Positions 37,721-48,224 are shown, counted from the first letter of the stretch. The stretch is 64,000 nucleotides of DNA from an uncultured Bacilli bacterium (GCA_934096295.1 CAKOLL010000005.1:16761-80760); one strand, 5' to 3'. Notes: generated by a model not told the origin, from the sequence alone. Numbers and translations are program-made.

Positions 37721-38725
37721 TTATTGAAACATTTTCTTTGCAGTTCTAAGCATTTGTGCAGTATAACCATATTCATTATCATACCAAGCAAGTACTTTAA
37801 CTAATTGTGCACCTTCAGCTTCAACAATACTTGTTGAAAGTCCATCAACTATAGCACCAACTTTTTTACCTAAACAATCACTTGAAACAATTGGGTCCAT
37901 AGTAAACTTAATTGTTTCATTTTGATTATCTTGAAATAATTTGTTTATTTCTTCAACACTTGTATTTCTATTAAGTTCTAGTGTTAAATCCACAACAGAA
38001 CCATCTGCAGTTGGAACTCTTAGGGCATTACCATCAAGTTTTCCAAGAAGTTCAGGAATAACTAAACCAATGGCTTTCGCAGCTCCAGTACTTGATGGAA
38101 CAATATTTTGAGCACACGCTCTTCCACGTCTAGATTTAATACCTTTTTTATGGGCAATATCCAAAGTTGCTTGATCATTTGTATAAGCATGAACAGTTGT
38201 CATAAATCCTTTTTTAATACCAATATTTTTATGTATTATATTAAGTACAGGTGCTAAACAGTTTGTTGTACAACTTGCAGCACTAACAATAACATCATCA
38301 TTAGTTAAAACATTATCGTTTACACCATATACAACAGTTTTCATTTCTCCTTTACCTGGAGCACTAATTAAAACCTTTTTAGCTCCCGCAGTAATATGTT
38401 TCATTGCATCTTCCTTTTGAGTAAACTTACCAGTACATTCAAGCACTAAATCAATTCCAAGTTCCCCCCATGGAAGGTTAGCAGGATCTGTTTCACTAAA
38501 AACTTTAATTCTTTTTACACCAGCAACAACTATTTCATTGCCTTCAGCTTTAATTTCATCTTCATGAAAGCTTCCATGAACAGTATCATATTTAACTAAA
38601 TAAGCTAAATCTTCTGCACTTGTCAAGTCATTAATAGCTACAATATCAAAATCAGTTTGTGTAACTATTTGTCTAAATGCTAATCTACCTATTCTACCAA
38701 AACCATTAATTGCTACTTTAATCAT
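37721..38725 (-). CDS. gap: type I glyceraldehyde-3-phosphate dehydrogenase
   Basis: NGFGRIGR NAD-binding motif and ASCTTNCLAP catalytic-Cys motif. Confidence 0.95.
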   Translation of the reverse strand: MIKVAINGFGRIGRLAFRQIVTQTDFDIVAINDLTSAEDLAYLVKYDTVHGSFHEDEIKAEGNEIVVAGVKRIKVFSETDPANLPWGELGIDLVLECTGKFTQKEDAMKHITAGAKKVLISAPGKGEMKTVVYGVNDNVLTNDDVIVSAASCTTNCLAPVLNIIHKNIGIKKGFMTTVHAYTNDQATLDIAHKKGIKSRRGRACAQNIVPSSTGAAKAIGLVIPELLGKLDGNALRVPTADGSVVDLTLELNRNTSVEEINKLFQDNQNETIKFTMDPIVSSDCLGKKVGAIVDGLSTSIVEAEGAQLVKVLAWYDNEYGYTAQMLRTAKKMFQ

Positions 38726-40364
38726 TATATCTTCCTCCTATAAATTCTCGCAATATTGATTCATCATTAACATATTCTCCCGGTATTGGGAAAAATTGTT
38801 TTAAGAAATCCACTAATCTTCTTGCTTCTTCATAATAAATGCTATTAACACTTACTGATAAAAGCAATGGCTCAACATAAACCTTCAAAACCCCAACTTC
38901 ATAAGCTAATGCTGTATTAATAATAACATTTGCTTGATGTATATACGGAAAAATATATTTTTCTTCTCCATTTCTTACATTTTGCCAATTATCTATTGTC
39001 TTAATTACATCATAGCCTCTCGTTCTATTATCCCTAACTATTCTTCTAAGTAATCTTAAATCAATTGTTGATACATAATTATATTTATCTATACTTAAAG
39101 GAATAAAAGGACTTAAATAAATTTTAAACTTATATTTTTCTTCAATTTCTTTTGTTAGATTTTCATTTAATGCATGTAATCCTTCAATTAAGAAAATACT
39201 TTTATCAGTCATTTTAACTTCTTCTTTATAATATTCTCTTAATCCTGTCATAAAATTATATTTTGGAAATTTAACGCTTTTCCCTTTTAACAAATCATTC
39301 AAATTTTCATTAAACAACTTAACATCTAAAGCTTCTAAACATTCAAAATCATAATTACCAAACTCATCTTTTGGATTATCGTCTCTATTAACAAAGTAAT
39401 CATCTAAACTTATTTTAATTGGATTATAACCCAGAGCTTCAAAATAAGATGCTAATCTACTTGTGGTAGTAGTCTTTCCACTTGAAGAAGGACCTGCTAT
39501 TAAAATAAATTTAATATCTTTCCTATCTTCAATAATTCTAGCAACATCTGCTATATTTAAATTAAACATTAATTCACAAGATTTAATAAAATTAATAATT
39601 TTACCATTACCAACATCTTTATTTAAATCAGTAATATATGGCATATTTAAGTTATTCAACCAACTTTTTCCATCCATAAAACTTTCAATTATTTTATCAT
39701 AATGAACATACTCAGGAACTTTACCATTGCTTCTAGTTGTTGGAAATAATAATATTATTCTGTTATTACCTAAATAAACCAATTCAAACTTTTCTAAAGC
39801 TCCTGTACTATAAGGCATTAATGAATAAAAATAATTTAAATTATTTTTTAACTTATATAAATTAACTACCTTATCACTTATATTTTGGATATTATTAGCT
39901 TTTTCATACTCCTTTTTATCATTAAAATATTTTATTGCATCTTTCGGAGAAACATTTAATCTTGTAATTATCTCATTATCACTAATTAATTTACACATTC
40001 TAGCCTTAATTTTTGATATATCTTCATGGCTTAAAATTCTAGGCCCTTTTAAAACTCCCAGCATTCCACGTGGAACACTATGTTCATAAACAACATCAAA
40101 GTCATTAAAAACCTCTTGCAAAGAAACTAAAAATAAAAACTTTAACCCTGCTTTATATATTTTATTTCCAATTAAATCATTAGTATTTATAAAATCAACT
40201 TTAACATCTTCAAGAATTTTATTATCCAAAGAAAATACCTCATTATTTATCTTATAACCCACGATATTTTCCATATTAAAATCTTTACTTGCATCATAAA
40301 ACAAAGTACCTTTTTTGTACTCATGAACAGTATTATCATTAAATGTTACTTTAACTATATCCAT
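38718..40364 (-). CDS. uridine-kinase/PRK-family P-loop kinase fused to an N-terminal ThrRS-like TGS-type domain
   Basis: P-loop GPSSSGKTTTTSRL; 548 aa. Confidence 0.55.
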   Translation of the reverse strand: MDIVKVTFNDNTVHEYKKGTLFYDASKDFNMENIVGYKINNEVFSLDNKILEDVKVDFINTNDLIGNKIYKAGLKFLFLVSLQEVFNDFDVVYEHSVPRGMLGVLKGPRILSHEDISKIKARMCKLISDNEIITRLNVSPKDAIKYFNDKKEYEKANNIQNISDKVVNLYKLKNNLNYFYSLMPYSTGALEKFELVYLGNNRIILLFPTTRSNGKVPEYVHYDKIIESFMDGKSWLNNLNMPYITDLNKDVGNGKIINFIKSCELMFNLNIADVARIIEDRKDIKFILIAGPSSSGKTTTTSRLASYFEALGYNPIKISLDDYFVNRDDNPKDEFGNYDFECLEALDVKLFNENLNDLLKGKSVKFPKYNFMTGLREYYKEEVKMTDKSIFLIEGLHALNENLTKEIEEKYKFKIYLSPFIPLSIDKYNYVSTIDLRLLRRIVRDNRTRGYDVIKTIDNWQNVRNGEEKYIFPYIHQANVIINTALAYEVGVLKVYVEPLLLSVSVNSIYYEEARRLVDFLKQFFPIPGEYVNDESILREFIGGRYND

Positions 40365-40460
40365 CTAACCAACCTCTATTCTTTATAATTATATCAATAT
40401 TTTCCAAATTTGTGAATAAAAATTAACATTATTTACTATTATTTACTTAGGTGATCAATT

Positions 40461-41039
40461 TTGAATATTATTCCAACAGTCATTACAAAGACTAACAATA
40501 AAGAATATGCATATGATTTATATTCTAGACTTTTACAAGACAGAATTATTTTCTTAACCGGTGAAATAGATGATACAATGTCAAATATTATTATCAGTGA
40601 ACTACTTTATTTAGATAACATAAATCATGAAAACATTTATATTTATATTAATTCTCCTGGTGGAGCTATAACATCTGGAATGGGTATATATGATACAATG
40701 AGATTTATTGAAAGTAAAGTTATAACTATCGGAGTTGGTATGTGTGCCAGTATGGCAGCATTTCTACTTTCCAGTGGTGATGAAAGATATGCCCTTCCAA
40801 ATGCTGAAGTTATGATACATCAACCACTCGGTGGAGCTCAAGGTCAAGCAACAGACATTAAGATTGCTGCAGAACGCATTATTAAATTAAAAGAAAAATT
40901 AAATAGAATATTATCAGATAATACACAGCAACCATTAGAAAAAATATATGAAGATACTGAACGTGACAATTTTCTAAGTGCCAAAGAAGCTAAAGAATAT
41001 GGTTTAATTGATGATATCATAAAAAAGAATGAATTTTAG
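40461..41039 (+). CDS. clpP: ATP-dependent Clp protease proteolytic subunit (TTG start)
   Basis: [12 protein letters not shown] and MIHQPLGG motifs. Confidence 0.95.
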   Translation: MNIIPTVITKTNNKEYAYDLYSRLLQDRIIFLTGEIDDTMSNIIISELLYLDNINHENIYIYINSPGGAITSGMGIYDTMRFIESKVITIGVGMCASMAAFLLSSGDERYALPNAEVMIHQPLGGAQGQATDIKIAAERIIKLKEKLNRILSDNTQQPLEKIYEDTERDNFLSAKEAKEYGLIDDIIKKNEF

Positions 41040-41320
41040 TTCATCCTTATAATTAATTCCCCATTTTCAGAATACAAAAATTTTTCCTTTGCATATCTAA
41101 GTATATAATCATCATCTTGTAATTTAGTTACTTCACTTTCTAACTTTTCTTCTTCTCCGAGTAAATCATTATATTTTTTATTCAATTCTTGTATTTTACT
41201 TTTATTTTCCATTATTTTAGTCCAATCTCCAGCAACAGAACTAACTAAAGACACAATAAGAAGAATTATAACGACAGAAATTACAAAAAGTCGTTTTTTT
41301 TCTTTTTTTGTTTTTTTCAT
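41036..41320 (-). CDS. divIC: septum formation initiator (DivIC/FtsB family)
   Basis: Single TM plus coiled-coil, with C-terminal [23 protein letters not shown]. Placed near yabPQ as in Bacillus. Confidence 0.6.
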   Translation of the reverse strand: MKKTKKEKKRLFVISVVIILLIVSLVSSVAGDWTKIMENKSKIQELNKKYNDLLGEEEKLESEVTKLQDDDYILRYAKEKFLYSENGELIIRMN

Positions 41321-41458
41321 ACCGACATCCTCCCCATTCTTACTTGAAGTATAATGAATTCTTTTATGCTTGTAAATACTTATAATTATTATTTCATAAA
41401 TCTTTACATTTATTTTACTAGTGTGCTATAATAATTAACCAAAGAAAGGAAATAAATA

Positions 41459-42073
41459 ATGAAAGAAATAAATAAAACTAAATTAAATATTTTTAAAACT
41501 AACATGAAAACATTTATAAATGATTATATATTAACATTAACTTTATCAGAACTACCGGCAGTTTTTATTTTATTAATAATTAGTTTAATCATAGGGTTTC
41601 CCCCAATAATTTTATTATTTGGTTTATCGTTAGTTTTAACAGCAGATGTTATTGCCTTATTAATCGGAACAGCAATAAGCTTAGTAAAATCAAACAATAT
41701 AAATTTAAAAGAAAACTCTAAAGACATAACAAAACAATTTTCTTTAGAAAAAGAAAATGTTAAACAAGAAATCTTAGAACATATTAAAACAATTAAAAAC
41801 TTATTAAACCAATTACAAGAAGATGAAAAAAATAAATACATTGAAGACATCCAAAATAATAAAAATCAATTATTAGAAAATTTAGGATTTAAGTCATTAA
41901 ATGATTTAAATATAGACCAAATAAATAGCGATTCACTAATCATGGAATTTAATACATATTTAGAAAACATTAAAAAGGAAATTTCAGATAAAATATATAG
42001 TTCAGAAATGCAAACAAATGCAATAGATAAGAATAAATCAATGGTAAGAACACGAAAGAAAAAAGGCTTATAA
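41459..42073 (+). CDS. hypothetical membrane/coiled-coil protein (204 aa)
   Basis: A strong sigma-A promoter (TTACAT-17-TGcTATAAT at about 41405-41435) precedes it. It is a plus-strand gene inserted between yabQ and divIC. Confidence 0.5.
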   Translation: MKEINKTKLNIFKTNMKTFINDYILTLTLSELPAVFILLIISLIIGFPPIILLFGLSLVLTADVIALLIGTAISLVKSNNINLKENSKDITKQFSLEKENVKQEILEHIKTIKNLLNQLQEDEKNKYIEDIQNNKNQLLENLGFKSLNDLNIDQINSDSLIMEFNTYLENIKKEISDKIYSSEMQTNAIDKNKSMVRTRKKKGL

Positions 42074-42379
42074 AGGTCTTTTTATCTTTTTAATTAATTT
42101 TTTTAATAAACTAACACATTTATCATACATAAACATCATAACAATATATCCCAAAAATACCACTGCAACAAAATACGGATGAATCATTCCATAATTAATC
42201 TCATACATAATATAAATATATAAAATTACCATATCTATAACAAAAACTAATGATACGAAGAACTTAATAACATTATTTTTATTGCTTAACATAAATTTAT
42301 TAAATCTTGTAAACAAGTAAAAACATATTCCATATATAAAAGATATCAAGAAAGATAAAACTTGAACATAACTACTCAT
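42068..42379 (-). CDS. yabQ: spore cortex biosynthesis membrane protein YabQ (by position and topology)
   Basis: 103 aa polytopic membrane protein overlapping the yabP stop; the yabP-yabQ order is conserved. Confidence 0.5.
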   Translation of the reverse strand: MSSYVQVLSFLISFIYGICFYLFTRFNKFMLSNKNNVIKFFVSLVFVIDMVILYIYIMYEINYGMIHPYFVAVVFLGYIVMMFMYDKCVSLLKKLIKKIKRPL

Positions 42380-42666
42380 TTAAATAACTTAGTTATTATA
42401 CTTTCTTCTTTATTTTTAGTTTTTCCTTCAATATACATAAATGAATTAATCTTTCCTTTAATCTTTACATTACCATCAACCGTATCAAGTTTTAATAACT
42501 CAAGTCCATTTCCTAAAATTCTTAAGTTTCCCATTACTGTTTCCATTAAAAACTCTTCATCATCAAAACTAACAATCTTATTAACCCCTGTTATACTAAT
42601 ATTACTTCTATCAACCATTTTTACTTCTTGTGTTCCAAAGTTAACTTCACCCATTATTATCACCAA
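42376..42666 (-). CDS. yabP: sporulation protein YabP
   Basis: ...RSNISITGVNKIVSFDDEEFLMETVMGNLRILGNGLELLKLD... matches the YabP family core. Confidence 0.75.
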   Translation of the reverse strand: MVIIMGEVNFGTQEVKMVDRSNISITGVNKIVSFDDEEFLMETVMGNLRILGNGLELLKLDTVDGNVKIKGKINSFMYIEGKTKNKEESIITKLFK

Positions 42667-42697
42667 TAAATAATATGAAAAAAATAGACAGAATATT

Positions 42698-43222
42698 CTA
42701 TCTATTTGATATACGTCTATTTAAAGATAAGCCATTTAACTCTACTAAAGGATTTTCAGCTCCTAAACGATTAACATAAGAAGCAATTTTTTCTTCTACT
42801 ACTTTTTCTGTCGCTGATTTTTTATATGGTTGTAAAACTGTTTCTAATGAATCTAGTACACTATCATGACTAATCCAAGGGATTACAATGTCTCCTTCTT
42901 CTAAGAATTCATATTTATCAACCTCTGGAAAATATATAACTCCAGATGCACCAAGTTTTTCAAACTTACTTTTAAATATTTCTAAGTTCTTAACACCTAT
43001 AACTCGTGCATTTACAGGATTATTTAAAATATCTTCTAAAGAAAATTCTAATCCAACATAAACCTCTTGAATCAATGTATTTCTACCATCAAATGATATT
43101 ATTTTTGCTCCTTCAAGAATACTTTTTTCATTCTTATCTTTATCATAAACATATTGAATACTATATAACATAAAATTCTCTCCTTTTTTAGCGACAGGCT
43201 TAATTATATAACACTTATACAT
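42698..43222 (-). CDS. hypothetical protein (174 aa)
   Basis: Composition is coding-like; I recognise no family. Confidence 0.35.
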   Translation of the reverse strand: MYKCYIIKPVAKKGENFMLYSIQYVYDKDKNEKSILEGAKIISFDGRNTLIQEVYVGLEFSLEDILNNPVNARVIGVKNLEIFKSKFEKLGASGVIYFPEVDKYEFLEEGDIVIPWISHDSVLDSLETVLQPYKKSATEKVVEEKIASYVNRLGAENPLVELNGLSLNRRISNR

Positions 43223-43268
43223 TATATGTCAAGGACAAAATTTTATGAATCGTAAAGAAAAAAATTAG

Positions 43269-43544
43269 CTATTCGCTAACTTCTTCATCAACAAGTTTTT
43301 TATATTCACCTAATATAACATTTTCAAATTTTTCTCTAGTTTCTTTATTAGTTGGAAAAACTATATTATCTTCTTTACCATCTTTATTCTTTTTACTAGG
43401 CATAGAAAGAAATATTCTTGAGTTTCCTTCGATTATTTTAGCTCCTTTAATAGCTAAACAATCATCAAGGGTAAAATCAACAAATGCTTTTAATCTTGAA
43501 TTATCGCTTTCTCTTCTGTGAATTTCTAATTTTGTAATTTCCAT
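43269..43544 (-). CDS. spoVG: septation protein SpoVG
   Basis: MEITKLEIHRR...FVDFTLDDCLAIKGAKIIEGNSRIFLSMPSKK is highly similar to SpoVG. Confidence 0.9.
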   Translation of the reverse strand: MEITKLEIHRRESDNSRLKAFVDFTLDDCLAIKGAKIIEGNSRIFLSMPSKKNKDGKEDNIVFPTNKETREKFENVILGEYKKLVDEEVSE

Positions 43545-43622
43545 AATTTGACCTCCTTATGTTGTATTACTAATTTAATTTTAAAACATAATTTATATTT
43601 TTGCAACAAATTTATTAAAATT

Positions 43623-43835
43623 TTATAAATATTTTATTTTTACATCCCCAGTTATAACATCTCTATAACAAAAACTTTTTTCTTCCCCATCTACCAAAAC
43701 AGTAAATAAATTTGGATAAGTTTTATATAATATTCCTTCCAACCTATTTACTCGATTACGCATCCCATAAACAGATACTAAAACTCTACTATTTAACTTA
43801 TTATTTATTTCATTTTTAATTATATTAATATTCAT
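43623..43835 (-). CDS. veg: Veg-family protein (DUF1021)
   Basis: 70 aa with ...GILYKTYPNLFTVLVDGEEKSF..., positioned beside yabG/ksgA as in Bacillus. Confidence 0.65.
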   Translation of the reverse strand: MNINIIKNEINNKLNSRVLVSVYGMRNRVNRLEGILYKTYPNLFTVLVDGEEKSFCYRDVITGDVKIKYL

Positions 43836-43844
43836 AAACTCTCC

Positions 43845-44651
43845 TTATCTGGGATATCCAACATACATAAGACCATTACAAATAAGGCCTCCCATACCAT
43901 CTTCTTTATATTTAGTTTTCTCAAGCAACTTTTTTAAATCAATTTCTTTATTTCTTTCTGTTAAAGCCACTGTACTTGCAATAATTGCTGGATCTAAGGC
44001 ATGTATATTAACTCTTTTAGGACTTGATGCAAAATTAGCGCCTGCTTTAATTAATTCTTCATAATCACTTTGACAAGCTCCAGCAATAATAACTAATTTT
44101 TCATGACTTTTTTCATAATTTCTAGCAGCTTTAACAGCTTTAACAAAATAAAGAGAATTTTTATAATTTTTTATATCTTTAGCATCGCCTTTTTTTCTGT
44201 AATATGCATCATGTCCAGTAATTACAACAATATCAGGTTTAAATTCTTTTAAAAGCATTGGTAATTGCTCATAAACATTTTTCTCATTTATTTTTTTACC
44301 TACTGCCATAATACCATTTCTTTTATAAAATTTTAAACATCTAGATAAATATTCTTCATCTGAATCTATATGTAATGCTTTCGCAGGCAAATAAAAAAAC
44401 TCTCCTCGATCAAGATTATCCTCCAACAAATCAATATCATCTATTACATCTTCTTCTGTAATATTTTCCTCTTTTCTTAAATCTGTTATATCAGCATCAG
44501 CAACTAATCTTACCTCAACACCTTTTAAATAATAAACTCCATTTTTAATATTAATAACTTTAAAAACAGTATCATTATCATAACTATTTCTAGTTACATA
44601 ATCTCCTTTTTCTATATTCAAAATATATATCACCATTAAATTATATGCCAC
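43845..44651 (-). CDS. yabG: sporulation-specific protease YabG
   Basis: N-terminus ...GDYVTRNSYDNDTVFKVINIKNG...VRLVADADITDL and conserved synteny with ksgA. Confidence 0.7.
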   Translation of the reverse strand: MAYNLMVIYILNIEKGDYVTRNSYDNDTVFKVINIKNGVYYLKGVEVRLVADADITDLRKEENITEEDVIDDIDLLEDNLDRGEFFYLPAKALHIDSDEEYLSRCLKFYKRNGIMAVGKKINEKNVYEQLPMLLKEFKPDIVVITGHDAYYRKKGDAKDIKNYKNSLYFVKAVKAARNYEKSHEKLVIIAGACQSDYEELIKAGANFASSPKRVNIHALDPAIIASTVALTERNKEIDLKKLLEKTKYKEDGMGGLICNGLMYVGYPR

Positions 44652-44670
44652 AACAAAAAAAGAATTCCCA

Positions 44671-45456
44671 TTAAGAATCCTTATTTAAATTTTCCCATAA
44701 CTCAAAAAATATTTCTTCAGATAATTCTTCAGCTCTAACACTCAAATCTAATCCATATTTTTCTAATGTTTCTTGAACATTTTCTAAATCATATATACCA
44801 CTCAAATTATTTTTTAAATTTTTTCTTTTTAACCTAAAAGAATTTTTCAAAAACCTAAAATAACTTTCAACATTAACATCTAATTTCTTTTTTCTAGGAA
44901 TAAAACTTATTACACTACTTTCTACTTTAGGAACTGGATTAAATGCAAATTTTGAAACGTCGCACACTTTCTTTATTTCAAAATAATATTTAAGTACTAA
45001 AGTTATATATCCATAATCCTTAGTTTTTTCATGAGCCATAAACCTATCCGCAACCTCTTTTTGAATCATTATAGTAAACTTGCTAAAAGTAATATCCTCT
45101 TTTATAACATGTTCAATAATCGGAGTTGTTATATAATAAGGAAGGTTACCAACTAAATATAAATTATTATATTTTATATCTTTAATATCTTCTTTTATAT
45201 TGCTATTTAAAAAATCTTTATAAATTACATGTAATTTATTATCCTCTAACTTACTTAATATATTACTTAAATCTGTATCTAATTCATAAGCAATTATATT
45301 ACATTCTTTTTTCTTAAGTTCTTTTGTTAAGGCCCCTCTTCCAGGTCCTATTTCAATTATTAAATCTTCATTACATGCTGAAACATCATCAACTATTTTA
45401 TTTATTACATTACTATCTATCAAAAAATTTTGACCCAAACTCTTTTTTGCTTTCAT
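44671..45456 (-). CDS. rsmA: 16S rRNA (adenine1518/1519-N6)-dimethyltransferase RsmA/KsgA
   Basis: LGQNFLID, EIGPGRGALT and NLPYYITTPII motifs. Confidence 0.9.
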   Translation of the reverse strand: MKAKKSLGQNFLIDSNVINKIVDDVSACNEDLIIEIGPGRGALTKELKKKECNIIAYELDTDLSNILSKLEDNKLHVIYKDFLNSNIKEDIKDIKYNNLYLVGNLPYYITTPIIEHVIKEDITFSKFTIMIQKEVADRFMAHEKTKDYGYITLVLKYYFEIKKVCDVSKFAFNPVPKVESSVISFIPRKKKLDVNVESYFRFLKNSFRLKRKNLKNNLSGIYDLENVQETLEKYGLDLSVRAEELSEEIFFELWENLNKDS

Positions 45457-45475
45457 AAAAAAATTCGAGTGGGGT

Positions 45476-46003
45476 TTATTCCCACCCGCTCCTTAAAACA
45501 TCATATGTTATTTTACTTCTACCTATATTTCTAGAAGCATATTCTTCACTTGGTGTAAGTAAATCAAGTGCATATCCTCCAACACCACGGTCAAGAACTA
45601 TAGCAAATTGGTCACCTTCACCAACTCTATCACTTTTAAATCTAACAATAGATCCACAAGCTATATTTTTACTTGAAGCAACTATTTTTACTTCACCGTA
45701 TTCATAATCTTTATATGTTGTTGTACCATCTTTAATATTATATTTTGGCATACATCCAAGAGTTCCATTACATAATGGACAATTATAGGCATAACCAGTT
45801 AAGTCACCAGTATATGTTGCTATCGGAGTATACTTTATTGTATCTTCAACTTCAATAATTTTCATAGCCATAGTTGTTAAATTAACAGTCTTATTTAAAT
45901 TATCATTTTCAACAACAGCCATTTTTGTATCTGAACTGCTTTTAGCAATTATAAGCATAAATATAACAATTGACATTCTTACAAAATAATTTACTACTTT
46001 CAT
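45476..46003 (-). CDS. 3D-domain (MltA-like) protein, YabE-like, with signal peptide
   Basis: C-terminal 3D domain with conserved D residues (FAIVLDRGVGGYALDLL). Confidence 0.65.
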   Translation of the reverse strand: MKVVNYFVRMSIVIFMLIIAKSSSDTKMAVVENDNLNKTVNLTTMAMKIIEVEDTIKYTPIATYTGDLTGYAYNCPLCNGTLGCMPKYNIKDGTTTYKDYEYGEVKIVASSKNIACGSIVRFKSDRVGEGDQFAIVLDRGVGGYALDLLTPSEEYASRNIGRSKITYDVLRSGWE

Positions 46004-46089
46004 TTAATATCCACCTTTCACTGGATATCTAAATTATAACATTAATATAGTAATAAAGCAATTGACAATATTTTACAAAAAACCATAAT

Positions 46090-47304
46090 CTATTTTGCAA
46101 CATTTATCACTGAAGAAATAGGAATAATATAATTTTTTTCATCTAATTTTAATAAATTATCATATAAACAAATAATTCCTCCCGTTGAAACTTCTTTTTT
46201 GCTATTTTCTAGATACTTAAAACTTGAAACCATAGCACGATTAGGAGATGCTGTTTTTTTAATTTCAAATGGATATAATTTATTATTTTTATATATAACT
46301 AAATCTATTTCATGTTTTTCTTTATCTCTATAGTAAGAAAGATTAGGCTTTAATCCTCTAGCATTATAAGATTTTATTATTTCTGAAATAACAAAATTTT
46401 CTAAATAATGTCCTGAATTAGAGCTTAGTTGTAAATCTCTTTCTGTTTCCCATCCAGCCAAATATGCAGCAAGTCCAGTATCCATAAAATAAATTTTAGG
46501 AATATGAGTCATACGTTTTAACTGTGATGACATATAAGGTTCAAGTAAATAAACTATTCCTGAAGAAACTAAAACCGATAACCATGCTATTACTGTTGGT
46601 ACACTTACTCCACAATCTTTAGATAAATCAGAATAATTTAACTGCTCTCCTACTCTAGATGCAATACTAACCATAAACTTTTTAAATTCTTCAATTTTTC
46701 CAACTTCTATTAATTGTCTAACATCCCTATTAATATAAGTATCAATATAACTTTGAAAATAAAGATTTCTATCAATTTTTGGATTATCATAAAATTCAGG
46801 CATACCACCTTTAAATATTATTTCGAATAAAGCATTTACTTCAATTTTAGGAGCTTCACATAATTTTTCGGGATTAAATAATTCTTTTTTTTCATTTCTT
46901 ACAATTTCAGAATATGTAAAACTATTCAAATTTACTATACCAACTCGACCAGCTAAAGACTCAGATGCCTTTTCCATTAAATTAAATTGTTGTGAACCAG
47001 TTATCCAATATTGGCCTTTTTCTTTTGTATTATCAACATTAATTTTGATATATGAAAAAAGATCTGGTGCATATTGGGCTTCATCAATAAATAAAGGTGC
47101 TGGATGTTCTTCTAAAAATAACTTTGGGTCATTTTGTGCTTGTTCCCTCAAAACCTTATCGTCTAAAGTTATATAATTCATATTTTCAGGTTTTAAACTT
47201 TTTAATAAAGTAGTTTTACCTGTTTGTCTAGGACCAGTAACTAACAAAACTCTAAACGTTTCACTTACATGTTTAATCATCTCAGTGGCTTCTCTGTTAT
47301 ACAT
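46090..47304 (-). CDS. AAA-family ATPase (AAA_14 + DUF4143 architecture)
   Basis: Walker A GPRQTGKTT, and the C-terminal half is characteristic of DUF4143 ATPases. Confidence 0.7.
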   Translation of the reverse strand: MYNREATEMIKHVSETFRVLLVTGPRQTGKTTLLKSLKPENMNYITLDDKVLREQAQNDPKLFLEEHPAPLFIDEAQYAPDLFSYIKINVDNTKEKGQYWITGSQQFNLMEKASESLAGRVGIVNLNSFTYSEIVRNEKKELFNPEKLCEAPKIEVNALFEIIFKGGMPEFYDNPKIDRNLYFQSYIDTYINRDVRQLIEVGKIEEFKKFMVSIASRVGEQLNYSDLSKDCGVSVPTVIAWLSVLVSSGIVYLLEPYMSSQLKRMTHIPKIYFMDTGLAAYLAGWETERDLQLSSNSGHYLENFVISEIIKSYNARGLKPNLSYYRDKEKHEIDLVIYKNNKLYPFEIKKTASPNRAMVSSFKYLENSKKEVSTGGIICLYDNLLKLDEKNYIIPISSVINVAK

Positions 47305-47341
47305 ACTATTCCCCTCTTTTCTAAATAGATTATAACATTAC

Positions 47342-47433
47342 ACTTTAAATTAGTCAAGGGATACACTTTAAATTAGTCAAGAGGTGAACTTTAAATTAGT
47401 CAAAGGGTACACTTTAAATTAGTCAAAAGAAGA
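47342..47433. repeat. four tandem 23-bp direct repeats, (C)ACTTTAAATTAGTCAA + 7 variable nt, immediately upstream of the AAA ATPase gene
   Basis: Copies begin at 47342, 47365, 47388 and 47411 with an exact 23-bp period. Each contains TTGACT on the minus strand. Confidence 0.8.
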
Positions 47434-47444
47434 TAAAGTAAAAA

Positions 47445-48224
47445 TTAATCCAACTTTATCTTCTTATACATATTAACAATGTTTTTATTTGTTTGTTCTG
47501 CTAACTTCTCTAATGATATATTAGATAACTCAGCTACAAACTTAGCGACCTCAAGTACATGTCCTGGATTATTTTGTTTACCTCTAAAAGGCTCTGGAGT
47601 AAGATATGGACTATCAGTTTCTAAAATAATATTTTCAAGTCCAACCTCTTTAATCACTTCTTTTATTTTAGCATTTTTAAATGTAATAACACCATTTACA
47701 CCTAATAAATAACCCATTTTAATATAGATTCTTGCAGTTTCCAAGCTACCAGAAAAAGAATGAATTACCCCTTTACAATTAAATTTCTTTAAAGAATTAA
47801 TTGTATCTTCAGTGGCATCTCTAGAATGAACAATCACAGGCAAATTATATTTTTCTGCTAAATCTAATTGAGATTCAAATAATTTAATTTGTTCTTCTTT
47901 ATTATCTTTAGTATAGTAATAGTCCAAACCAATTTCTCCGATGGCAACAATTTTTTCATTACTTAAATTATCTTCTATAAACTTAATGTCCTCTTGCATT
48001 ACTCCATCAACATCTTCTGGATGAATACCAATTGCCCCATACATATTCGGATATTTTTTAATCAAATCTAATACCTCTTTATTAGTTTCATCATTACTAC
48101 CATTATTAATAACATATTTTATATGATTATTACTTGCAGTTTCTAATACTTCGTCTATATTTTCATAATCAGATTTAAATACATGACAATGTGTATCAAC
48201 AAAATAATTATTCATTAATCTCAA
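47445..48224 (-). CDS. tatD: TatD-family metal-dependent DNase/hydrolase
   Basis: DTHCHV and GEIGLDY motifs; conserved position after metG. Confidence 0.9.
   Translation of the reverse strand: MRLMNNYFVDTHCHVFKSDYENIDEVLETASNNHIKYVINNGSNDETNKEVLDLIKKYPNMYGAIGIHPEDVDGVMQEDIKFIEDNLSNEKIVAIGEIGLDYYYTKDNKEEQIKLFESQLDLAEKYNLPVIVHSRDATEDTINSLKKFNCKGVIHSFSGSLETARIYIKMGYLLGVNGVITFKNAKIKEVIKEVGLENIILETDSPYLTPEPFRGKQNNPGHVLEVAKFVAELSNISLEKLAEQTNKNIVNMYKKIKLD

Noticed and set aside
41524-42673. Minus ORF 41524..41850 (108 aa) and plus ORF 42362..42673 (103 aa) as alternative genes
   Set aside because: Each overlaps a better-supported gene on the other strand: the 204-aa plus-strand gene with a strong promoter, and yabP with clear family motifs. 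Their translations look like low-complexity antisense artefacts.
47320-47440. A short CRISPR or minisatellite interpretation of the 4x23-bp repeats
   Set aside because: There are only four units and they are directly abutting with no spacers. The position immediately upstream of a gene start, and the -35-like hexamer in each unit, favour a regulatory iteron/operator array.
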